From the NCBI GenBank assembly GCA_043228905.1, contig JBHGNT010000003.1, forward strand, positions 23,684,001-23,748,000: a DNA stretch of 64,000 bases, in the 5' to 3' direction. The position numbers and the translations under genes were made by a program. The notes beneath the pieces are model-generated. The model did no database searches. It worked only from the letters and a program-made list of their open reading frames with translations, and had not been told where the DNA came from. Below, piece by piece: positions 13,048 to 26,399 of the stretch; positions within the stretch are counted from its first letter, which is position 1, and each line of letters starts with the position of its first letter. This DNA is from Azolla caroliniana (taxonomy: Eukaryota > Plantae > Polypodiophyta).

Positions 13048-13857
13048 TGCACTTAATCTTGATCTTGTTTGTTGCTACAATTGCCTTTGCTTCTCTTGTC
13101 AATCAAACCTTCTTGACCTTGTTCCCCATCAACTAGAAGATCTTCATCATACAGAGTGTTGGTTTTGTTCCGCATTTGATGACCGACAACATCAATTGAT
13201 GCATCCAAGTAACTCATAATTAGACTATCTATTTTCATGGAAACAACTCATAATTAGAGAGAGAACAAGATTGATCAAGACTTCTAACTTGCATGATCTT
13301 CTTTGTGCTAGGGAAAGAGAGTTGAGATCTCTTTCAACACTGATTTCATTTAATGTCATTTGGTTCCAAATTCTCTAGTATTATCTTGATCGTTATAATA
13401 TCAACAAACAAGTAGTAAATATTTTTATAACATTGTTACGTTAACATAACACAAAATGTTACTTCCGATGTGTCTCCATTTGAGGGAGATATGAATTGAT
13501 ATGGTCATTTAACCTCTTTTTGAACATCACACCACCTCTAAGTTAATGAATTACATTAAGGTTCTCATCAACATTACATTAGATTTTGAACATGTTTGTG
13601 TAGAAGGCGATTGTGTGTGATTATGAGGTTATTGACCTTGCTTTATGTTTGTCAATGAAGATGGAATGTTTATGATAATACCATAAGTTGGGGGAAATAA
13701 TGTCATATTCTTTAGTTTTAAAAACCTTATAAGGCTCAATTTCCAATCTTAAATACTGTTCATAGGCCAAATCTATATAAGAAATATGGGCATATTATAA
13801 TTTGTGGGAAACTAAACCTTATAAGGCTTAGTTTCCAATCTAAAGTATTGGTCATGG

Positions 13858-13894
<37 letters not shown>

Positions 13895-14670
13895 GATTAC
13901 AACAAAATATGTATGTTGCATGAAAAATGTACCATATAAAAAATGACACACAATAGAATGAAGAATGTTTGTTTATTAATGATTGTCATTGCACTCCAAA
14001 AATAAATAAGTCAGGAAAAAATAATAATATTTTTTACAATAAAAGGAAAGCTCGAGGAAATATAGTTAGCCTCATTAATACTAGCCAATGGAGACATATT
14101 TGTAGAATCTAGCAATAGTCGTATAGTTGAGTTTTTGACTTGAGATGTAGGTTTCTATGTTACAATGTCCACCATTAGATCATTGTGCGTTATTTTGATT
14201 AGTTACCGTCGGAGAAGACTCATCTAGCTCCAATCTAGAATTATCAGTTGTATCTAAACATATACATGTTTCCCTTTTTATACAATGGAATACAATCTTT
14301 TAAAATCAATTTCCTTTTGCTTTTAATGTCTTCAAATGTGTTCTTAGAAAGTATAACATAATTGTCTTGTAGATTCTTAAAGACATTGAACTAGGCTATT
14401 TGAACACACTCAAGACTTGCGTACAACCTCACTATGCAGAGAGTACTTTGTGACAATGATCACTCGACTTACACATGATTAAGGCAACAACATACAAGCA
14501 GGGTCGATCCACCTACTCAATATAATGATGAGAGGGGTGACAATGATGGCATATGTAAGGATGCAACCAAGAAACTATACCTTCTTGGTGATTGCTTTTT
14601 TTTTTAAATACTAAATGTCTTTTCATGGGTTAGGAAGCAACCAATAAACTATACATTGGATGTGCAGTAA

Positions 14671-15390
14671 TGTCATCGAGTTCAAGTTTATGTTGTCGCA
14701 AAGTTACGCTGGTACATGTGTTTCTTGAGTGGGACCACCGAGGACTTGAACCAAAGAGGATGGATAACTTGGTTAGTGTCAAATGATCGTCAAACTCAAA
14801 GACTTTGTAGAGTAGAAGATTGATAAGAGCTGAAAGATCGTCAAAGTCAAAGTGCAGCCGAGTCGAAGACTCTCCAAAGTTGAAGGCTCCTTAGAGTCGA
14901 AGTAGCGATGACCCAAACAACAAATGATGTGTAAGACAATGATTGAATCACGTAATTAACCCAATCATCATGAAATTACAAATGGATTTTACAAAATTAA
15001 GTCTGAAATTGCTAGAATAAGGACGAAATTCCCTTTATAAAATAGGGGTTACAAGTTTTTCGGAGCTTTTTTATTACAACGATGATAAATGTCAGAAATT
15101 AAACATAAACCAAGAACCTTGAATTTGCGAATAAGAAGTTAGTAAACCCTTAAGACAACAAGTAAGTTGTGGAGAAAAAGAAGAAGATCAAGAAGTAAAG
15201 AATAATAAGAAAACCTTGATTGAAGTTGTAGGGGGAAATCCTCTAGTTTCAGTGTAATCTCCCAACAATCAATGACCATGTCGCCTCTTGGTGATGTTGG
15301 TCTTACAAGCCCTCTTGATTTGCTACCCTCACCTCTCAATCCGATAGAGCACCCTCAATCTATTAATCCACCTTTTTAATAATCATGACA
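14671..15390. mobile_element. Putative isolated LTR (~720 bp)
   Basis: TGTCAT...ATGACA termini, an internal TATA-like CCCTTTATAAAATAGGG at ~15031 and GTCGAAG repeats. No matching TSD, so the call is tentative. Confidence 0.45.
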
Positions 15391-17186
15391 ACACCTATCG
15401 CGTACATGGATATGCTTGTATATTGAATGTGTATGCTCAAATTATTATATGCTTGTAATTGTATGCATACATAAGATTGTGTATATGGATGTACGATTGC
15501 ATACACATATTTTTCTATAATTGATTGATTGCATGCATTTAAAATCGAGTGTATGTTGATTGTGTGAATATGCATATGCATTGACATATGTACAAAATAT
15601 GTGTTCTCAGGATATGGTTTGTGTGACGGGAGGAAAACATCAAAAGACCATGTTTTATGGTATGATATCAAAAGGCAAGATGGTTGTCGATTGTAGACTC
15701 TCAACATTGAAACTTAAAAATATCCCCTTAGATATTTTATCTTGATCTCTCCCACCTTGTGTAACATGTTTATTCATTATAAATCAGTTTGGTTAAATTT
15801 TGAATTTCCATGTGGGTTTATCTAATCTATGAGAAATAAGATTGCCACAATTTGTACTCATTATTTATTTCAAAAACAATTTAAATTGTAATTTTAGCGT
15901 GATTTGTTAACATTGCGGAACTTTTTCCTTAAACAACCAAGCATGGGGCAAATTACAAATAGTATGATATTAATTTTGTGGGACATGAAATTTGGTTTGG
16001 TATGTCCAAGTGATAGGCATACCATCAATGAGGTATCCATGAGGAAACATTGATTACCATTGGGATTCAAACATATAGGCTACATCTTTGGATTTGTCAA
16101 ATCAGGTGCCCTTCCGTTGGGAGACATTCATACAATAGAGAGCAGAAATTTCCTGACAAGAATAAGTCATCAGGAAAAATATTTCCAAACTCGTACCTAG
16201 GGACCTCAAATCATCCTTATGCCCTAATTTCGGACCTAAGGACCTCCAAACATCCATAGGTCCTCATTTTGTACCTAGGAACCTTTAATCACCCCTAGGT
16301 TCCATCCCATTTCATCCCTGTTAGGGACCAATTCGAGAAGCAAATACAAGATATATAGAAAAAAGGGAGAGAATAAGTAAATAAGGATATTATCCAAGGA
16401 GTTTGATGAAGTGGACTCTTGACATGAGAAGGCTCACAAATGTGTTGAACCAAAATGGTTTGAGAAGACTCTTCACTTTAGAAGGTGTCGAGAATAGAAG
16501 GACAAAGAGGACAATTGTTGCTCATCAATATAATTGTCATGTGGAAAATGATAACATGCAATGTATGTTTTAAACGACACAATCATCCGTTGGTAAGACT
16601 TTTCAATGAGGTCTACAAAATATTATTTTGATAAGTAGCAATGTTGTAGAGATATCAATATGTGTTGATTTGCTTACCCTAATTAGAAAACTCAAGTTAT
16701 GATCAACACACCTCCTCTTTAATAATTAATCTTAAACCACATATGAATGCCCTTCAATATATTGTTGTTCCCATAAAGGACAATCTTTGTTGTTATCTAG
16801 CTTTAAAGTTCAACACAAATGATGGTATGTGCATTATTAACATGATAAATTATTGAGTCGTAACCATTGTTATAATACCACAAAGATGGAAAGGTACATT
16901 GTTCACATGCTACACTGACAATATTAGGTGTTGAAGATGAGCATGTGTGTGGAAAATGCATTTTTCTTTGTTCTATCCATCATTTTGTTTATGGATCATG
17001 TACTACTGATTGCACTTCTATATCTTTATTGGTCATGTATTTGTTTCTCTTTGACATTGTACAACGTCACTAGGTTATGCAAATGCATATAGAGCTCGAC
17101 CTACTGTACTGTTAACAAACACCACTTAATTAATTGCGTGAAGGTATATTCAAACTTCAAATGTTTAGTCTCTTTGATGGACATCT

Positions 17187-17229
<43 letters not shown>

Positions 17230-17233
<4 letters not shown>

Positions 17234-19900
17234 CCCTATTGACATAATTGAGAGTTTTGTCTTTCTTCGTCAATTAAGTCATAGGGACTACACCATTTAT
17301 TCACTAGTCAAATCAAACAAAAAGGTTTCCATACATCCAGTAATTGGACTCTCTTTTGGGTACACTACACATTACAAATTAACAACCTCCAAGTAGGTTC
17401 ACATTTTCCACCAAATTAACCATGATTTCAGGTAGTCTACATAAATGACATTAACCTTTGCATAATCCATCAGATGTGTAGAACAGAACAAAAGGAACAA
17501 CCAATAAATGTTTTCCTTATAACACCCTCCCCCGCTTGACTCGCCATTTGGAGCCTCTACCTCAGGGTGTTACTCTACCAAAACCTTGATAACAATGATC
17601 AATGAGGTCCTAAACTCGTCGTAGTTATGAGTAAGAACATCGGATGCATTACTTAATAAGCATGCACACACTCTCTTGAGTCTTACATGTGTGAATTTAC
17701 ACATTGCATATGGATGTGGGGAGGATTTATGAGTGCCACAGGAAAGCGATGAGTGCCTAGCATGTGTATCCCATGGTTTATCCTTGGCCCCAATAAAGGT
17801 TTTATTATCACGCATTTACTAATTGTAAGGGTTTTTTTTCTTGCCAACACTTATCATTGCCTCATATGCCGCAATCTAAATTATCGATGCAAGGAAACCA
17901 TTATCATTTGAATGTATATGATGAGGTTGAAGATAGATGCAAGTATTTTGTAATATGGGCATCCATGTACTACAATTTGTATGATGATGTTGATTTGAAT
18001 TTCCAAGAATTTCGCTTTTTTGTGTTGGCTCTAGAAATGTAATCCCATGCATGTAATCATCTCTCTCTTTCATGTGACACATAGATGCTCACACATTCAA
18101 GGTGACATGTTGAGTTTGAAAACGTAATTGTCAATGTCAAATCACTTTATGTAAATGCAGATAGAAGTTTGATGCTTTTTGCTAATTACAATTGGGTTGC
18201 ACTTTGGATTTCTTGAATCAAATCAAAGGCTATTCTGTAAGTTCTCATGATTGAGAAGTATTCGTGTAAATGAATAAAAGGCTTGGGGTATATCTATGGT
18301 TCTCCCATATGAATATGGGACATTTATAGAAATGGTACATGTTGCCTTAATCAATTACAATTGATTATCTTTATACAATTTCATTGGACCTAATGATTCC
18401 CATCAGATGGAGACACTTACCATACACTAGTTATATTGATTGCTACGACTTCTCAAGTGGGATATAGGTTTTGCCATGCCATATTAACATTAATGATCCC
18501 ACTTCAATGACCATGCCTACAATTGTAATTATGTTCAATGTTTCACTAGATGATTGTAGTACATGAATAAGATGTTGGCATTGAAGATCTAAGTTAGGAC
18601 CTGGTTGCATTGTTAGTTATCCACTACATCCAAAGCTATGTTTGGGAGTTTCAATAACTAAAATGGAGGGCAATGTTGTAACGTACAACCATTCGTTTTC
18701 ACTAGTGCATGTGTGCTACTAAACTAATGCTTATGGTAAAAACAAGCCATGCGTAATGTGTGACCATCAATAGTAGTTTCTTGCATAATGTACGAATTAA
18801 CATAGGAAAATTGACAATTTTTTGTAGAAAACAATGACATGCTTTCTCTTATGAAACTTGCATGTACACCACACAAAAATTGACTACGAACTCATAACAT
18901 AAATTATTCATTAACTCGTTGATTGACTCAGTGACTCACACACACTCCCTCTAGCCTCTCTATATGTCTTCTACTAGCTTGTACAATCAGCTAAAGCAAA
19001 TACTATGTTCATTGTTGCGACACTTTTAGTACAATCTCAATTTCAAGGTACTAAGCTTTCTTTTTCTACATGTGAGACATATCAAATTACGTAGCAAATG
19101 TGACATTTATAGGTCTATTCGTTTGCTTTGACCCCTTTGGAAATATAATCTACGTATCTAATATCTCCATCACTATATCCTAGTGGAGGTTGTGTAAACT
19201 TCCATCATCTAACATCTTGTTTGGAAGAATGTACAAACTTTCGCTTCCATAAGATCAATCACCTCATCATGTCTCTATCTTAGTGATCAACTCTCTTATT
19301 CACACCCAATTGGATTTGACACAAAGAGACATCATGCTCTCTAGTGCAACCTCTATGGAGGTCTTTCGACATGGCTTTGTTTGAAGGTAGGGTTCAATTA
19401 CACAATGTACTTCAAATTTTAATGATGCGTAATGGTATTGTTTCAACTTTCAACCTTGATATTTGCTTTTGTCCCTCTCTTTTTATGTGCCTAGCTCTCA
19501 TTGGTATCCATGACTTGTGATCTTTGGGGCTATAATATTAATACATATTAGAATTATATATTTTTAATCTTTTCTGCATATATATATAAAGAGGGATGCA
19601 AGACAATTTCTATGCATCTTTCGCTCCTTCCATCTTTCTATCAAACCTCCTTTAGTCCCTCTCCTTGTATTTGCCCATATTACATTGGTTTCTATATTGT
19701 GTAGAAGAAGGGTGGATTCCCAAAGAAATTTTGTTAGCATATTTGTGCCCTAGCTATACATGTTCTTTTAAACTCAAGCATCGGCACAACATTATTATAA
19801 GGAGGCATTTGATGTGGTCTGTAATTTGCATATTTAGCTTTAGTTATTGATATCCTCTTATCATCACAACCACTTGCACCTTTGAGTCACATATATATGC
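17230..19900 (-). mobile_element. Highly degenerate gypsy-type retrotransposon remnant (integrase region, PPT, start of 3' LTR)
   Basis: Minus-strand PPT GCGGGGGAGGG is followed by TGTTATAAGG at 17524. Eroded integrase-like motifs appear on the minus strand at ~17.9-18.9 kb. Boundaries are approximate. Confidence 0.45.
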
Positions 19901-20523
19901 TCTCTACTTACGCGTGAAAGTGAGATGTGGCTATTGCAGAAGATACTATTTTGTAGAATGCTAGAATATGAGTCCTACAGGTAATGTTTCTCGCAATCCT
20001 CCCAACTCTCTTTTTGGGTTCCACAACTAATGTTATCGGCTTCCCGATGATGTTATATTATATATTCTGATCATCTTTACTTCCACCCAACCCTTGTGGT
20101 TTTTACTTCTCCTAATCTAATATGAGCCATTGTTTCTTTGTATGTAGTAGACCTTCTTTACATATATTAAAGGCCATGCAAATATGAGCCATTGTTTCCC
20201 TTATAGAATTGAATGAAATCCATGTAAATGGAATCAATTCAAACTTAGGGTTTATGAACTGATTTTTATTTATTTATGTTTTTAGTTTTTCCTCTTTCCA
20301 ATCAATCATCTCGAGCATAGGGATATATATATATATATATACACTAAAACGTCATGTGATCCAGTGGTGTGAAATCTATACATATATACACCAGCATATA
20401 GTAACTTAAAAAATATCCCGACGAGCCATATATCTTCCTCTCCCTTCCCTCTCTTCTCTTCTTCAGCTTGTTAAGGATACAATGGAGGCGATGGTCTATG
20501 AAGGATCGACGAGGTCTGCAACG

Positions 20524-20740
20524 TTCAGCTGCAGAAGAGAGAGAGCACAGCCTTTAAGAATATTCAAATGGGAGATCAGCCACAGATGATATGATATAGA
20601 TAGAGAATAGGTTATGATTTATAATTAGCTAGTCGATATATATAGGATTTTATACTGTTGTTTTTCTTCATAATTAAAAGAAAAAACAAAACCCCATCAT
20701 ATTTTTTTAAGGGCTGTGTCGCCTCTCTTCCGCTGCTGAG
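20524..20740 (+). ncRNA. MIR529: microRNA precursor MIR529 (miR156/529 superfamily)
   Basis: Mature-like AGAAGAGAGAGAGCACAGCCT at 20533-20553 matches the miR529 family. The complementary arm GGGCTGTGTCGCCTCTCTTCCGCTGCTG at 20711-20738 gives a ~35-bp stem with few mismatches. TA-rich promoter-like sequence and a CT-rich leader lie upstream. Confidence 0.88.
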
Positions 20741-21639
20741 ACGATGCCATTTGGGGAAAATAAAAAATAATAACTAATTAAACAGAAAAATAATAGGAGC
20801 AAAATCGAGAACAAAAATGAAGAAACGCCCCCGACAGTAATAATGAGGTAATGTACAAAAAGTACGAAACAGTGTCATATTATTATTACTAATCTGTATA
20901 ATTAGCTCAATTATTTATTTGCTTGTTTTACATCAACCTCGGAAAAGGTTTCTTCTTACATGTCACCACCGAAATATCAATTAATCGGAGAAAAACAAAT
21001 AAATGATAAAACAGAAAAAAAGGAAGGAAGGAAGATGTGGGGGGAGGAGCCATCAATGGAATTATAGCAGAGTATTGAGGCATTCATTAACAAGTGGGAG
21101 AATCATTCATCAGTTATCACCTTTATTTATTATTGTGCAACACTAAAAAAAGCAACAAGTTCCCATGCCCCGGATAACAAAACACATTTAAAAAGAAAAG
21201 GAGCGAAAACTTAAAAAATAAAATTAAACGAACTAATTAATACTAGAACATATAATTCCCAAGAAAATAATAATGCATCAATAAATAAAATCTTCGAAAA
21301 AGAAAGAAAGAAACAGACAGGGCAGACAGGACAGCGTATTTAATTAAAAACAAATGCGGAAGAAAATCTTGAAGATTAAAGAAGAATGGGGGGAGGGGGA
21401 TAGGAGTCAGGACACATTAAATACAAAAAAAAGATGACAAGAAAAGAAAGGAGACTAATTTGGTCATGTTAAAAACGTATTGTTTTACACACATGTATGT
21501 ATGTATGTATGTCTGTATGTATGTATGTATGCATGTATGTATGTGTATTCCTACGCAATTACATGCTATATCGTACGCACACACATCTACGTATACTCCT
21601 CAGTCTGCAGCTGCAGCCAAACGCACATATGTCCCGCTA

Positions 21640-21881
21640 TTACACTTCTCTCTCTAGAGTCTATACACAGAGCGCGCGCATACATTTTCTCTCTATCTAA
21701 TGTATACACCGCGCACACACCAGCCCTTCTTCTCACTCTACCACAGACAAAATCCCTTCTTTCTCTCGGATCACACAGGCCCTCTCTCTCTCTCTCTCTA
21801 CACAGACACTCACACAGGTCCTCTCTCTCTCTTCTCTGCCACGTTTCCTTGAAGGCTCCTGACGCTGCTGTTCTTTGCGAG
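21640..21881 (+). promoter_or_regulatory. CT/CA-rich first-exon-like leader ending at a 5' splice donor; no CDS attached
   Basis: (CT)n/(CA)n-rich leader typical of plant 5' UTRs, ending GAG|GTAAATTTT at 21881/21882 and followed by T-rich intron-like sequence. Confidence 0.4.
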
Positions 21882-24800
21882 GTAAATTTTATCTTCATTG
21901 CCTTCGCCGTCACTAGAATTAGCATGTTCTCCTTTATATTATCAACTTCGTCGTCGTCTTCATCACGTTTTCTGCAGTTTCTTTGGTCTTATACGTCTAT
22001 AACCTGACAGGTTTCAGTCTAAGTCATGTAAAAGATGCAGCTTTCTCTAACTTCTTCGTCCGTCTTCAATTAATCGTCTTAAAATCTGCGGTTCTGAGTA
22101 ACGGAAAACAACAAGATATAATCAGCATATTCCTGCAGAATTAGGTATGATTATATGTAGCCAACGTACTGTAATATAATGTATTAGGTTGTCTGGTATG
22201 TCTGTGTGTTTCTTTATCTGTAGAGATTGAGGGATTCAGGAGTTTCTGAAGAGATGAAAGTGTTGTATATGCCATGTATGTTATATGTAATTGTCACGAG
22301 AAAGAGGGAGATCGAAGAAAGAGCGAAAGACGTAGTAATGTTTATGAGCATTTTTATTACAGAGAGCGCGCCGGTCAGGTCAATACTATTGTCTGCCAAA
22401 ATATCGTTATGTTTGTGTATCTTTAGTTGGAATGAAAAGAAAGATTCTGGTAATTCCCTCTTAGAAATCAACATGCTTACACCAGAAACATAGAAAGACA
22501 TAGAGAAGTGTTTATATCAATGTTGTTTGCCAAAACTGTTCTTATATGCGTGTTTCACCCGAGATGGAAAGAAGATGTGTGAATTTCCTCGCGTAATGAT
22601 GATCATTATATAAGCTATATGAGAAGAGAAGGCGAGAGAGAAGAGAAGATAGTAACTTGATGTTTGAACCTGCAGCACATATAGTGTGAAACGATGAAAA
22701 CAATGGAAATCAGGTTTGCCTGAATATATATGATGTTGGAGCTTGGAGCAGGACTATTACCCTCTCTTTGTTCATAATCACAGGTATGCGGTTTCTTCTC
22801 TTCTCGTAGGCTGAGTATGCTAATCAAACTAATGTTTATTTTTCTCTTTATGTCGGTCTTTCTAACTTCTAGTCTACGTAATATTTAGTAAGGGTGATGA
22901 TTTTTGTTTTATCTTTCTCCTTGCAAGTTGTGGCTGCCAAACATATTAGTAATCATTTTTTCTGGCTTCTCATTTTCCGCTTTTAACTTGTTTGTAATAA
23001 CCACCTTGTCACTTCACCATATTAAACTATAATATGTTAACGAGGCAACCCTGCATTCTCTGTATTATTAGATATGAGTAAAATGTCAGAATCTATAATC
23101 TGAGAGAAATGATCCGTCAGTCTTCATTGAAATTTATTTAATCATCTGCTTGAAACAAATCTCAGAATCTGTGCACAATATGAAAGTAGTTAACTCAGAA
23201 CCTTAGTTTAAATCAAATCAATACTCCATAGGAAAAAAGTTCATTTTGAGTTTTTCTTCCTCTGAGTAAAATGAAAATCTATATTCCAGTATAAAAGCAC
23301 GATCGTTTTGGTTTACTTAATTACCTCGTTTGAGTTAATTTAGAATCTATAGTAAATAAGCATCCTTTACATTTATGATATGCCTATTCTAATTGTAAGC
23401 TTAAGGTAAAAGATTAATGTAATATTTACTCTTTCCGCATTTAAACAACATACTATCATAGCTATTGAATTATCGTTTTAGTGCATGGACGAAGTTTTCG
23501 TCACAACCAATATAATGAATTGCAGAAGGTTTGTCGAGACTATTGATAGAGATTGAGATCATTGTAATTTGTGAGTCTATCCTTAGTTCAATAGTAGATT
23601 TAGACTAAGAATTATAATATGTAATTTTCTTATGTGAGGGAGGTTCTTTTAAGCCTTGTAAAGGAAAATTTTATTTATTGATTTTTTACCTCTGAAGGAA
23701 AATTATCATGTTTATGGATCATATGTTTTATCTTATTTCTATGAACATTACTAGGGAATCAGATATAATCCTTGATATAGGAAGAGTGTTTTTCTTTATT
23801 CAATGTGATAACTGTACCTTTCCTATTCGACATAATATAAATATATGTAATATATTGTATCCTGCACCGGTAATACGAGTAGAGGTTTTGTTATTTATTC
23901 AATATATTTGGAAACCTATATATATATCGTGTCGCTTATATATTTAGTCTGTAGTATTACTATATTTATGGGCCCATTGACGCATGGTTTTTCTTTGTAA
24001 CATTTGAATCATCATCGAGAATGAATATTCATAACACGTTGGTTCTTATATTAGAATATGAATTGGTAGTATATATTTTAAGCCTCTGCAATATATATTT
24101 TGATTCAAACATCTATCATGGTCCATATATTTGGATATGGATTGGTAGTATATATATAAGCCTCTGCTGACGTATATTTTGTTCTTCTTGACACCATAAC
24201 TGAAGCATAGAGGGAATATACGTATATAGCAAAATTCCTATCGCATATAATTAGATATTATTTGTGTATTATTTGAGAAATGTCAGGGTTCAGAAAACTG
24301 GTCGGAGATTCACCCACCGCAACCACAAATTCCCATTCCTATTCGAAATGGATAGACAATACATGTAGACCATGCTTCATTAGAAAAATTATTCTGCAAC
24401 ACCAAACTTTTCTCTTTACGCTTGGTTTTCAGTCCGAACGAGTTTCCTTCTTTTATAAGCCCCTAAATTTGCGTTATCGTCTAATATCTCTATAAATTAT
24501 AATTATATATCAAAGTAACAAATGGTAGCCAGATTGTGATATTTTGCCAATCTATTATTTATGACGGTACTTCCATTCCATTTTAAACTCTGTAAAGTCC
24601 ATTAAATATGTTTGATCTTTTATGCTAATGAATAATATTTATAAGCCTTACCATCAATATAGAATATATGAACATTTATGACGAGGAGTTATCCTGACTT
24701 AGCAGAAAAGGAAATGATGCAATGGTTCCACACATATGAAACTCAATGGTGGTGAAACTGTAACTTCGATATTGTAGTTCTGAAATATGTATAATGAACA

Positions 24801-25344
24801 CTTCGTTATTTTATTTTAAAAGGATGCTATTCATAATTAGGAGTCTAAGTTAGTGTCAACCTAGGGGAATCCGATACCTTCATTTGTGTAATGTCCAATT
24901 CCATCTTCTATACTTATTTTCCATAACTAATTATCTACGCTATGGCCCAGCTAAGGCCTCCTTGTGAGAGACCTACGCTTCAGAGGGAGTATTAAGATCA
25001 GTTATTACATTATAGAAACAAATTAAGATCAGTTATTACTGCTACATATTAGCCACGATAAGATAGGTGAAATTAGAGAAGTACCAGCATGGAAACATAA
25101 GTATCTTCCAGTTTATTGGGAGATTTGAGGAATACATATATCAAAGATAACTCATCAAAATTGAAACAGTGAGTGTGTTGAACAAAAACGATAGATGTGA
25201 AGGATTGGTCATCGGAAAACCAATAGCCGTTGCCTTTAATTTAACCAATTGCTTGAAAATGAAATTGGCAATTTGGAGAGGTGAGAACGAGTCCTAGAGT
25301 ACAAAGACGCTATAGTATTGTAGTCCTGGTGGATCTTTTTATCG

Positions 25345-25485
25345 TGCGCCTATCTTCCGCCAATAATTGTATGAAGTGTCACATATCTACTGCGCCTATC
25401 TTCCTGCAATAATTGTATGAAGTATGTCACACTGCTAATGCGCCTATCTTCCTGAAATAATTTTATGTAGTGTGTCACATTTCTA
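25345..25485. repeat. Three-copy ~47-bp tandem repeat
   Basis: TGCGCCTATCTTCC...AATAATTGTATGAAGT..GTCACA recurs at ~25345, 25391 and 25439. Confidence 0.8.
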
Positions 25486-26399
25486 ATTGTCAGGCGCTGC
25501 TTGGATCGTGCATGAAAAACTGTAGGATTATGGATATCATGTTATAGCGTTATGTCCATTTTGTCTTTGTTAATATATCTAGAAGAACACACCGTACATG
25601 AAATGTTGGATTTAGCAGTCAGACCCGCTGCAATACATGCATGAATACTATGACGCCTTATTTTTCTGTACCAAAGGTACATATACACTCCTATTTAAAC
25701 TCATCCAGCTGCATGATCGTGTAAAACCTTGGGTAGTGCGTTTCTAGTGCTTTGCCCACAAGAAGTCCATGTCTCAAGTTGTTCGTGTACTCAGTGAAAT
25801 ACATCAGCCAACCAAGGTTGTACCAAGTAGGACATTCAACATTGCCCAATTTTTAACATGGTTGCATGCATTTGTGAGCAAATACGTTACCTTACAAGTA
25901 ATTTATCATTGAAACTTAAATATTAGAAACCCGTTATTGGTGCAGTGAATATCTTCTCTTATGAAACTTTCCCAACTAACAGGGCATTGAAACATTTAGG
26001 GTCCTAAAATCCTGCTTGGGAGAAGTAGAAAATTTGAACTTAAGCTTTACATTATAGATCATACGCACTTAATAGATGACTCTACACGTTTTCTGGATTA
26101 AATGATTTCCACTACAGTGTCATAGTATATGAGTGTATAGATGGTCATTATCAAGCTTTTCATATAGGTGAAACCGCGAGGAAAATCTACTTCTTATTCT
26201 AGCTTGGCCTCAGCTTTGAAGGAACTTTTGGCATTCATGAGTCAGATGAGCTATTTGTAATGATCTCTTGCAAGAGAGAGAGAGACAAAATGGTGAATGG
26301 TAATAAATCATATTGGTATCACCAAAATACATGTCGGGAGGATTATGCTAGGATTATTATTACTCTAAGCTGCAAACAAAATTAAACTTGATTTACTAG

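Noticed and set aside
11893-13219. Several short ORFs with RERERE or LSLSLS tracts
   Set aside because: They are translations of the solo LTR and (CT)n microsatellites.
21815-21835. miR529 target or mimic site (13-nt match; a similar one at ~41813)
   Set aside because: The match comes from CT microsatellite sequence and the remaining pairing is poor, so it is expected by chance.
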